From positions 2,240,001 to 2,304,000 of the forward strand of contig OZ241841.1 in assembly GCA_965202665.1 (NCBI GenBank): a DNA stretch of 64,000 nucleotides, read 5' to 3'. A program made the position numbers and the translations under genes. The notes beneath the pieces were generated by a model. It worked only from the letters and a program-made list of their open reading frames with translations, was not told the DNA's origin and did not search any database. How positions within the stretch are numbered: the first letter of the stretch is position 1; the number at the start of each line of letters is the position of its first letter. Positions 9,830-17,971 of the stretch are shown here, in pieces. Source of the DNA: Candidatus Spongiisociaceae bacterium. Its GTDB lineage: Bacteria > Actinomycetota > Acidimicrobiia > Spongiisociales > Spongiisociaceae.

Positions 9830-9856
9830 CCTTATTGCGAACGATTCGCAATAAGG
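9830..9856. promoter_or_regulatory. Perfect palindromic operator CCTTATTGCGAA-CGA-TTCGCAATAAGG (Fur-family box)
   Basis: 12-3-12 inverted repeat between divergent fur and cbiM, next to a TAGCAT -10-like hexamer. Confidence 0.8.
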
Positions 9857-9873
9857 CTAGCATAGTCCCCGCC

Positions 9874-10908
9874 ATGCACGCCCCTGATGGTTTTTTGAAC
9901 GCCGGCGCGGCCGTCGCCACCGGAGCGTTGAGCGCCGGGGCGGTCGGGGCCTCTTTGCGCTACGCCCGCCGGCGGCTGGGCGACAGGCACCTCCCCCTGG
10001 CCGGAATCACCGCCGCCTTTATTTTCGCCGCCCAGATGGTCAACTTCCCGGTGGCGGCCGGAACCAGCGGGCATCTGCTGGGCGGGACGTTGGCGGCGGT
10101 TCTGCTGGGGCCCCCGTTGGGAGCGGTGGCGATGACGGTGGTGGTGGCCGTCCAAGCCCTGGTGTTCGCCGACGGCGGACTGACCGCCCTCGGATACAAC
10201 ATCCTCAATTTGGCCATCGTCCCCGTGTTCGGGGGCTACGCCGCCTTCCGCCTGTTTCTCCGTATGCTGCCCGCCGGCCGGTCCGGGGCGGCGGCCGCGG
10301 CCGGGCTGGCCGGGCTGGCGTCGGTGCTCCTGTCGGCCATGGCCTTCTCCTTGGAATGGCTGTTCGGCGCCAGCGCCCCGATTCCGTTCGACCGGGTGTT
10401 CGGGGCGGTGGTGGGAGTGCATGTTTTAGTCGGGGCGGGGGAGGCGGTGATCACCGGCCTGGCGACCGGGGCGGTGCTGGCCGCCCGTCCCGACCTGGTG
10501 TTCGGAACCCGGGACTTGGATTTGGGTTCGTTGGAAACGTCCGGCGCGCGGCGTCCGGTTCGGGGCCGGACGGCGGTCATCGCGGCAATGTTGATCGCCC
10601 TGGTAACCGCCGGGGCGGTCAGCCAGTTCGCCTCCGACGCCCCCGACGGTTTGGAACGGGCGGCGGCCGAGCTGGGAATCTCCGGACGGGAAGCCCCGGA
10701 CTGGCTGCCCGCCGCCGACTACGCGGTGCGGGGGATAAACAACCCGACCCTCAGTTTGGCGGCGGCCGGGGCGGCCGGGGTACTCATCGTGTCGGCGGTG
10801 GCGGCCGGGGTGGCGCTGGCGGTGCGGGGCGGGCCCGGCGGTTCCCCGGGTTCAACCGTTCCGCGCGGTTCCGTTTCATCCGACGCCGACGGGAGGGGCG
10901 GCTCATAG
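9874..10908 (+). CDS. cbiM: ECF Co/Ni transporter S component, CbiM fused to a PDGLE domain
   Basis: N-terminal MHAPDGFL, GTSGHLLGG, ADGGLTALG, ASDAPDGLE. Confidence 0.93.
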   Translation: MHAPDGFLNAGAAVATGALSAGAVGASLRYARRRLGDRHLPLAGITAAFIFAAQMVNFPVAAGTSGHLLGGTLAAVLLGPPLGAVAMTVVVAVQALVFADGGLTALGYNILNLAIVPVFGGYAAFRLFLRMLPAGRSGAAAAAGLAGLASVLLSAMAFSLEWLFGASAPIPFDRVFGAVVGVHVLVGAGEAVITGLATGAVLAARPDLVFGTRDLDLGSLETSGARRPVRGRTAVIAAMLIALVTAGAVSQFASDAPDGLERAAAELGISGREAPDWLPAADYAVRGINNPTLSLAAAGAAGVLIVSAVAAGVALAVRGGPGGSPGSTVPRGSVSSDADGRGGS

Positions 10909-11669
10909 GAGCCGGTCACGCCCACGCCTTGTACGTGCACGGGCACAGCCCTTTGCACCGGTTGGCGCCCGAATGCAAGACGGCGGCCGTCTTCGGGTTC
11001 GTCGTAGCGGCGGCGGTCACACCCGGTGAGGCGGCATGGGCTTTCGGGGCGTACGCCCTGGCCGTGGCGGCGGCGGCCCGGTTGGGGCGGATTCGGACGC
11101 GGTTCATCCTGGCCCGGCTGACGGCGGCCGCCCCGTTCGTGCTTTTCGCCTTTCTGATACCTTTCGTAGCCTCCGGGGAACGGATGGAGGTTTTGGGCGT
11201 GGGGGTTTCCCGGCCCGGAATGTGGGCGGCGTGGGCCATTATCGCCAAAGCCGTCATCGGGGCCTCCGCCGGGATTTTGCTGGCCGCCGTCACCGAAGTT
11301 CCGGAAATCATCCGGGGGTTGCGGCGGTTGCGGGTTCCGGCGATGCTGGTTTCAATCGCCGGGTTCATGGTGCGGTACCTGGAACTGATCGCCGAAGAAC
11401 TGGGGCGGATGCGCATCGCCATGCTGTCCCGGGGCTGGCGGGGGCGGGGGGCCCGTTCCGTCCGTCCGCTGGCCGGCGCGACGGGGGCCATGTTCGTGCG
11501 CTCCTATGAGCGGGGGGAACGGGTGTACGCGGCCATGCTTTCCCGCGGTTACACGGGCGAAATGCCCGATGCTTTCAACAAGCCCGCCCCCCGTTCCCAC
11601 TGGCTGGCCTGCCTTTCCCTCCCTTTGGCGGCGGCGGCGGTGGCCGTCCTGGCCCGGGTGACGCTGTGA
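10905..11669 (+). CDS. cbiQ: ECF transporter T component CbiQ (apparent ATA start)
   Basis: GAGHAHALYVHGHSPLHRL, RYLELIAEE, RSYERGERVYAAMLSRGY. Confidence 0.9.
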   Translation: MGAGHAHALYVHGHSPLHRLAPECKTAAVFGFVVAAAVTPGEAAWAFGAYALAVAAAARLGRIRTRFILARLTAAAPFVLFAFLIPFVASGERMEVLGVGVSRPGMWAAWAIIAKAVIGASAGILLAAVTEVPEIIRGLRRLRVPAMLVSIAGFMVRYLELIAEELGRMRIAMLSRGWRGRGARSVRPLAGATGAMFVRSYERGERVYAAMLSRGYTGEMPDAFNKPAPRSHWLACLSLPLAAAAVAVLARVTL

Positions 11670-12415
11670 ACCCGGCGGCGGTGGAAGTCCGGGACTTGGA
11701 ATTTCGCTACCCCGACGGGCGGACCGCGTTGCGGGGGGTGAACCTGCGGGTGGAAGCGGGGGTGAAAACGGCTTTGCTGGGGCCGAACGGGGCGGGCAAA
11801 ACCACCTTGGCCCTGCACCTGAACGGGATCTACCGGGCCGCCGCCGGATGGGTGCGCATCGGCGGGCTGGAAGTAACAGAAGACAGTCTTTTGGAGATTC
11901 GGCGGCGGGTGGGGATGGTGTTCCAAGACCCCAACGACCAGCTGTTCATGCCCACCGTGGCCCAAGATGTGGCGTTCGGCCCGGCCAATCTGGGGGCGTC
12001 CGGCCGAGAACTGGAAGAACGGGTGGATGAAGCCCTGCGGACGGCGGGCATTTCCGGCGCCGCCCGTCGGCCCCCCCATCATCTGAGCGGAGGGGAACGG
12101 CGGCGGGCGGCGTTGGCCTCCGTGCTGGCCATGCGCCCCGGCGTGTTGGTTTTGGACGAACCCGGTTCCGGTTTGGACCCGGCGGGACGGCGGGATCTGA
12201 TCGACACGCTGGCCGGTTTGCCGACGACGATGCTGGTCATAACCCACGACCTGTCGTTCGCCGGGGAACTGTGCGAAAGGTCGGCGCTGATGGACGAAGG
12301 CCGGGTGGCGGCCGAACTCCCGACCGAGGAGTTGCTGGCCGACGAAAAACTACTGGCCCGGAGCCGCCTGGATTTCCCCAGCAGGGCCAAAGGAGCCGGG
12401 CCGGTCGGGGCGTAA
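11666..12415 (+). CDS. cbiO: ECF transporter ATPase CbiO
   Basis: GPNGAGKT, VFQDPNDQLF, LSGGE, LDEP. Confidence 0.93.
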   Translation: MNPAAVEVRDLEFRYPDGRTALRGVNLRVEAGVKTALLGPNGAGKTTLALHLNGIYRAAAGWVRIGGLEVTEDSLLEIRRRVGMVFQDPNDQLFMPTVAQDVAFGPANLGASGRELEERVDEALRTAGISGAARRPPHHLSGGERRRAALASVLAMRPGVLVLDEPGSGLDPAGRRDLIDTLAGLPTTMLVITHDLSFAGELCERSALMDEGRVAAELPTEELLADEKLLARSRLDFPSRAKGAGPVGA

Positions 12416-12587
12416 GTCAGGCGTGTCCATCTGGATAGAGGGAACCATCCAGTTCTGACTCTACTTCTGGGGTCCTAAAACTCAAGTCTTAATACCCCAG
12501 CACACTTGGCAAAGCCAACAGCCACCATAACCTGTCCTGACGCACTGGTAACATCCACAATCACCAAACAAGAATAGGAGAAACACT

Positions 12588-13340
12588 ATGAAACTGAGAA
12601 CCACACTTACAGCATTGCTGGTGTTTGCTTTGGTTTTGCCTGTGGTGGCAACCGCTGCTAACAGGTTCTCTGATGTTGAAGGCCATCAGTATGAAGAGGC
12701 TATCCAGGCAGTTGTAGCGACCAGCCTCTTTCAGGGTTATCAGGACAACACTTTCCAGCCTGACAGGAAACTTTCAGCAGATGAGTGGCGGGTTATAGCA
12801 GGCAGACTATCTAGCAGAGGGTGGAGCAGAGCAGAGGTGGCAGTGTTCCTACAAGCAGGTCTTGAAGCATTAGAGCAACCTTCATCCAGTTCTCAGCCAG
12901 CAAATGAAGAGCCTATCTCCACCACTTCCCGGCCTGTGGTGATAGAAACCACTACTTCCACCACCACTGGCTCTGTGTCTACCAGTTTCTATTCAGAAGG
13001 TGAGTATCCTGCTGTTGCTGTCCTTTCTCGTCCTGAGGTTCTGCTTGTGGTTTCGCCTGAAGGCTGGGATGGTCTGGACTGGGAGTATCGTCTTCTGACT
13101 TCAAACCCAGACTGCCCTCCCGCAGAAGGTTGGAATAGTTTTGGACAGCCTGAGTATTTTACTTATAGCAACATTCCTGACTGTATCTTTGGCAGGATAA
13201 ATGTTGGAGAAACCTTCTGGTTTGAAATCAGATGGCCAGATGGGAACATCACCTCCACTCCTCACTGCCAGCCTTGGGCTGGAGAGTGTGTGGGCTTTCC
13301 AGGTTGGAGAGACCACCTGCCTTCTTGGCTACCTAGTTAG
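12588..13340 (+). CDS. Secreted SLH-domain protein on foreign, CpG-depleted DNA
   Basis: Signal peptide, FSDVEGHQYEEAIQAV...FQGYQDNTFQPDR SLH motif, S/T linker, Cys-containing C-domain; AGGAG RBS. Confidence 0.8.
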   Translation: MKLRTTLTALLVFALVLPVVATAANRFSDVEGHQYEEAIQAVVATSLFQGYQDNTFQPDRKLSADEWRVIAGRLSSRGWSRAEVAVFLQAGLEALEQPSSSSQPANEEPISTTSRPVVIETTTSTTTGSVSTSFYSEGEYPAVAVLSRPEVLLVVSPEGWDGLDWEYRLLTSNPDCPPAEGWNSFGQPEYFTYSNIPDCIFGRINVGETFWFEIRWPDGNITSTPHCQPWAGECVGFPGWRDHLPSWLPS

Positions 13341-13341
13341 A

Positions 13342-13802
13342 TGTACTTGGCCGGAACGTTGGAGACGGTTTGGTTGTTGCTTAGGTGAAGATCTCCTGGT
13401 GTTATGGGGAGTGAAAAAGTGCCCTATAGCACGGGAGGATGTCTTCGGGATGCATGGTAACGCGAGGTCGTCGCCTTTTGGGGATGATGTTGCTGGTAAT
13501 AGGGGGCGAGCCGGTAGCGCGGGTGGCTAGGGGTATGGGCATGTCCCGGCAGTGCGTGTCCAAGTGGGTGCGTCGCTACCGGGAAGAAGGCCGGGCCGGT
13601 TTGGAGGACCGGTCGTCGCGGCCGCGTTGTTCCCCCATGCGCACCAGCCGGGAGGTGGAGGAACAGGTGTTGCGGAGCGTTGCGTCTGTGGGAATGTGTC
13701 TATCTGACCGGCGAGCCGCTCAAAACCCTCCCAGCACCCCACTCCAGCCTTGGAGGCAAACCACCAACCTCCAGACTGTAACCAACCTACCGGCCATGTA
13801 CA
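13342..13802 (+). mobile_element. IS481-family element, internally deleted (461 bp)
   Basis: TGT...ACA ends with IR TGTACTTGGCC/GGCCATGTACA; HTH motif SRQCVSKWVRRYREEG...LEDRSSRP; flanks GTTAGA/GTTAGG. Confidence 0.9.
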
Positions 13803-14199
13803 GTTAGGGTTGCGCTTACCGCTACCGGACCGCCCCATGGGAGCGGGCCGTCGGCGGAGCGGGGAATCCAACCCCGCCATCCTCCAGGGTGCGACTTATC
13901 CCCGGAACTCTGTCGGCGGTGCGTTACGCCGCCCGGCTAATTGAGATACCGCCGATCCCGCGCCGGGGCCATCTTAGCACGGTCGTTTTGATCCCCTCGC
14001 CGCTTCCGTCTTCGGGCGTCGGGTTGAGCCGCGAGGGGGGTGGGCCTCCATCCCCCGCCACCGCCCAGATTTCGGGTTAGGGGTGGTCTCCCCGCTCGGC
14101 GCCCCTTTTTGGCGGGGCGTTGGGGCGCGATGGACGGGTGGTTTTGGTTTGGGTCTGAAAGGCTGGCAAGGGTTTGCGGGTGTGTTCTGGGTGGTCGGG

Positions 14200-14660
14200 G
14201 AGGCGGGTTGCGGCCGGGGCGTGGGTGGGTTTTCCTGGGGTTGGGTTTGATTTCTTGTGTGTGGCCGGTGGGGGTGCTTGGTTTGTCCGGGCTTGGTGGT
14301 TGCGCTCTGGCGGGGATAGGTGGTCTGGAGGTGGGCCCGGAAGAACCTGGCCTGGACGGCTTTGCTCCGTCCGGGGAGCATAGCCAACGTCTGGACGGGC
14401 CGTACGCATAGTGAATTTCCTCTCAAACTCGGCGCGCCGTTCCACATGCGCGCCGCCGTACTCCCCGCCCTTAAACCGTCGCCGCACCCAAATCAGCACA
14501 GTATCCCGCTCCCGGGTCGGGAGATCCCGCACCCGCCGGCAACCCGTCCCGCACACTGGGCAAACTGACCACCCCTCAACCATCCCCACCCGCAACATCA
14601 GCATCCCCGCGCCGTCTTCCACCGCCCAATCACCAATCGCGAAGACCCGGATTGTTTGTT
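14200..14660 (-). pseudogene. ISL3-family transposase N-terminal relic
   Basis: CPVCG...VRDLPTRERDTVLIWVRRRF zinc-finger region; heavily decayed, boundaries approximate. Confidence 0.7.
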
Positions 14661-14686
14661 TGAGCGTTGTAGTGTTTGGCGGAGCT

Positions 14687-15526
14687 ATGAGCGGGAGGTT
14701 GGTCTTGAGGCGGGGCGGGGTTGGTTTTCGGGGGCGGGGGTTCGCCGGTCGGCGCGGGGGGGCCGCGGTTCGGGGGGCTGGAGGAATGTTTTTGGCGTTG
14801 GCGTTGGCCGCGGTTGCCGCTGGCGTCGCCGGGTGCGGGGCGGGAGATGACGGGCGGAGGGAGGTGCTGGTGGCGGCCGCTTCTTCCCTGGGCGGGGCTT
14901 TTACGGAGATGGCGGCCGAATTTGAGCGGGCCCATCCGGGAGTGGAAGTGACGCTCAACTTGGCCGGGTCGGGACTGTTGCGGGAGCAGATACTGGCCGG
15001 AGCCCCGGCGGATGTGTTCGCCCCGGCCGACCTGTCCGCCATGGAGGCGGTGGCCGGGGCGGGGCGGTTGGCCGGGGAAAGCCGGGTGTTCGCCCGCAAC
15101 CGGCTGACCGTGGCGGTCCCGGACGGCAACCCGGCCGGAGTTTCCGGTTTGTCCGACCTGGCCCGCCCGGAGCTTCTGGTCGGATTGTGCGACCCGGCGG
15201 TTCCCTGCGGCGAATACGCCCGGCAAGCCCTGGAAGCGGCGGGGACGACGGCGGCGGCCGACACCCGGGAACCGAACGTCCGCGCCCTGCTCACCAAAAT
15301 AGCCGCCGGGGAGTTGGACGCCGGTATCGTCTATGCCACCGATGCGGCGGCGGAACAGGGAGTGGAGGCGGTGAAAATACCCGACGGGTTCAACCGGACG
15401 GCGGAATATCCGATTGCGGTGGTGCGGGGGGCCTCCCATCCGGCGGAAGCGGAGGCCTTTGCGGAATTCGTCCTGTCCGAGGCGGGCCGCCGCCTGCTGG
15501 CCGGACACGGGTTTCTCCTCCCATGA
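14687..15526 (+). CDS. modA: Molybdate ABC transporter substrate-binding lipoprotein
   Basis: Lipobox VAGC, VAAASSL, GAPADVF, DPAVPCGEYA, DAGIVYATD; start uncertain. Confidence 0.92.
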   Translation: MSGRLVLRRGGVGFRGRGFAGRRGGAAVRGAGGMFLALALAAVAAGVAGCGAGDDGRREVLVAAASSLGGAFTEMAAEFERAHPGVEVTLNLAGSGLLREQILAGAPADVFAPADLSAMEAVAGAGRLAGESRVFARNRLTVAVPDGNPAGVSGLSDLARPELLVGLCDPAVPCGEYARQALEAAGTTAAADTREPNVRALLTKIAAGELDAGIVYATDAAAEQGVEAVKIPDGFNRTAEYPIAVVRGASHPAEAEAFAEFVLSEAGRRLLAGHGFLLP

Positions 15527-16347
15527 GGATCAGGTTCGCCGCCCGGCGGACGCCCCCCGCCCGCATCCGCCCCCGGCCGCCGGTTGCGATAGCGGTTTTG
15601 GCGGCGGCCGGGTTGGCGCTGTTCGCGGTTCCGATTTTGGGGTTGTTGTTCCGCGCCCCGTGGCGGAACCTGCCGTCGTTGATGTTCACCGGGACGGCGG
15701 GGGAGGCCCTGCGGCTGTCGCTCACGGCCTCCCTGGCGGCGGCCGGGGTTTCGCTGGCGCTGGGGGTTCCTTTGGCGTGGGCGCTGGCCCGGTTGGACTT
15801 CCCCGGCCGGGCGGCGGTGCGGGGGCTGGTCCTGTTGCCGTTGGTGCTTCCCCCGGTGGTGGGGGGCGCCGCCCTGCTGTTCGCCCTGGGGCGCGGAGGG
15901 TGGCTGGGGGAACCGCTGTTCCGGGCCGCCGGCCTGGTCCTGCCCTATTCCATGTGGGGGGTGGTCATCGCCGGATCGTTCGTTTCCATGCCGCTGATGG
16001 TGATAACCGTAGAAGGCGCCCTGACCAACCTGGATCCCCGTTTCGAGCAGGCGGCGGCGTCCCTGGGGGCGGGGAGGTGGACGGTTCTGCGCCGGGTCAC
16101 CCTGCCCATGATCGCCCCGGCGGTGATGGCCGGGCTGGCCCTGACCTGGGCCCGGGCGCTGGGCGAATTCGGGGCCACCATCACCTTCGCCGGGAGCCTG
16201 CCGGGGCGCACTCGCACCCTGCCGTTGGCGGTCTACACCGCTTTGGAATCCGACCGGGAGGCGGCGGTGGCCCTCAGCCTGCTGATGGCGGCGGTGTCGT
16301 TGGCGGTGCTGATTTTGCTGCGCGACCGATGGTGGAGGACCCGGTGA
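15523..16347 (+). CDS. modB: Molybdate ABC transporter permease
   Basis: LPLVLPPVVGG, ARALGEFGATITFAG, TLPLAVY; ATGA overlap with modA. Confidence 0.95.
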   Translation: MRIRFAARRTPPARIRPRPPVAIAVLAAAGLALFAVPILGLLFRAPWRNLPSLMFTGTAGEALRLSLTASLAAAGVSLALGVPLAWALARLDFPGRAAVRGLVLLPLVLPPVVGGAALLFALGRGGWLGEPLFRAAGLVLPYSMWGVVIAGSFVSMPLMVITVEGALTNLDPRFEQAAASLGAGRWTVLRRVTLPMIAPAVMAGLALTWARALGEFGATITFAGSLPGRTRTLPLAVYTALESDREAAVALSLLMAAVSLAVLILLRDRWWRTR

Positions 16348-17399
16348 ATCCGGGACTGGAAGCCCGCATGACGCTGGCCCGGGGGGAGTTTTCCCTGCAA
16401 GCGGAGATGACGATCGCGGCCGGGGAAACTTTGGCGCTGCTGGGGCCGAACGGGGCGGGCAAGTCGACGGCGGCGGAAGCCTTGGCGGGCCTGCTGGCTT
16501 TGCAACGGGGGAGCATAACCTTGGGGGGGCGGGTGCTGGACGATCCGGAGCGGGGGGTGCTGGTGGCCCCGGAGCGGCGGCGGGTGGGGGTGGTTTTCCA
16601 GGATTTGGCCCTTTTCCCCCACTTGGACGTGCTGGAAAACACGGCTTTCGGGTTGCGGGCGCAGGGGGCGTCGCGCATGGCGGCCCGCCGGTTGGCGGGG
16701 GAGCGGCTGGAGCAAGTGGGATTGGGGGGGCTGGCCGCCCGCCGCCCCCGGGAACTGTCGGGCGGCCAGGCGCAACGGGCGGCGCTGGCCCGGGCTTTGG
16801 CCGCCCGGCCGGAAATGTTGATTTTGGACGAGCCGTTGGCGGCCCTGGATGCGACCGTCCGTGCCGAAACCCGCCGCATGCTGGCCTCCTACCTGGCGGA
16901 ATTCCCCGGCCCGCGGCTGGTGATCACCCACGACCCGGCCGAGGCTTTTCTGCTGGCCGACCGGGTGGCGATTCTGGAAGGGGGGAGAATCAGCCAGGAA
17001 GGCGACCCCGACCAGATCCGGTTGCGCCCCCGCACCAAATACGCGGCCGACCTGGCCGGAGTGAACCTGCTGGCGGGCCGGGTTTCGGAAGGGGTGTTGG
17101 AAGTCGGCGGATTCCGGCTGGCGGTGCCGGAAGGGGTGCGGGGCCCGGCGGCGGCGGTCATACATCCCCGGGCCATTTCCCTGCATGTGGCGCGGCCCGC
17201 GGGCAGCCCCCGCAATGTGTGGCGGACGGCGATCGAACGCATCGAACGTTACGGCGATTTGGCCCGGGTGCGCACCGGGGAGCCCCTGCCCCTCACCGCC
17301 GAAGTGACCGCCGGGGCCCTGTCCTCCCTGGCGGTGGAAGAAGGCTCCCCGGTGTGGCTGTCCCTGAAAGCCACCGAAATCACGCTCCAGTCCCGTTAG
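16344..17399 (+). CDS. modC: Molybdate ABC transporter ATPase with TOBE domain
   Basis: GPNGAGKS, VFQDLALFPHL, LSGGQ, C-terminal LKATEI; GTGA overlap. Confidence 0.93.
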   Translation: MNPGLEARMTLARGEFSLQAEMTIAAGETLALLGPNGAGKSTAAEALAGLLALQRGSITLGGRVLDDPERGVLVAPERRRVGVVFQDLALFPHLDVLENTAFGLRAQGASRMAARRLAGERLEQVGLGGLAARRPRELSGGQAQRAALARALAARPEMLILDEPLAALDATVRAETRRMLASYLAEFPGPRLVITHDPAEAFLLADRVAILEGGRISQEGDPDQIRLRPRTKYAADLAGVNLLAGRVSEGVLEVGGFRLAVPEGVRGPAAAVIHPRAISLHVARPAGSPRNVWRTAIERIERYGDLARVRTGEPLPLTAEVTAGALSSLAVEEGSPVWLSLKATEITLQSR

Positions 17400-17402
17400 T
17401 TT

Positions 17403-17890
17403 GCTCTTCGGCTTTGAAAGGGATTAGGGGGTTGCGGTGCGGGGAATGCGGGGGCGGGCTATGGCTCGGTGGGCGACGGGGGGCGGACGGTGTCGGAAGT
17501 GGCGGAGCTGGGTTGCTATTGGCATACGGTGTCCAAGGAGATGGACCGGTGGGGTGAGGCCTTGTTGGAATCTGACCGGGATCGGGTGGGGGCGGCGGAG
17601 GCTTTGGGGTTGGATGGAACCCTGTTCATCCGCCAAGGTCCCGTCGCCGTCGGACGCGGATGACTTCGGCGGTGGACATTAGCAACAGTAGGCTGATCGA
17701 TGTTTTCCCAGGTAAAACGGCTGAAGAAGCCGCCGGTGACTACTGGGCCAACCGGCCTGGTGGCGGGAGAACATAAAATGGGCGACGCTTGACCTGTCCG
17801 AGGCTTACCGGGCCGCCTGCAACCAGGCGCTGTCCCGGGCCGTTCAGAACGCCGATCCGTTCCACATCGTCCATCTAGCCAACCAGTACG
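17403..17890 (+). pseudogene. ISL3-family transposase relic
   Basis: RTVSEVAELGCYWHTV, ALGLDGTLF, KWATLDLSEAYRAA, ADPFHIVHLAN in broken frames. Confidence 0.85.
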
Positions 17891-17971
17891 GGAATCTACA
17901 AAATCGCCCACCCCCGAGAAGGCGGCGAATACACCCAACTGCTCGTCGCCGACCTCAATCCGCGGGTGCGT

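Noticed and set aside
13850-13880. tRNA T-arm-like hairpin GCGGGG-N7-CCCCGC
   Set aside because: The minus-strand loop is TTGGATT rather than TTCRA, and I could not fold a full cloverleaf.
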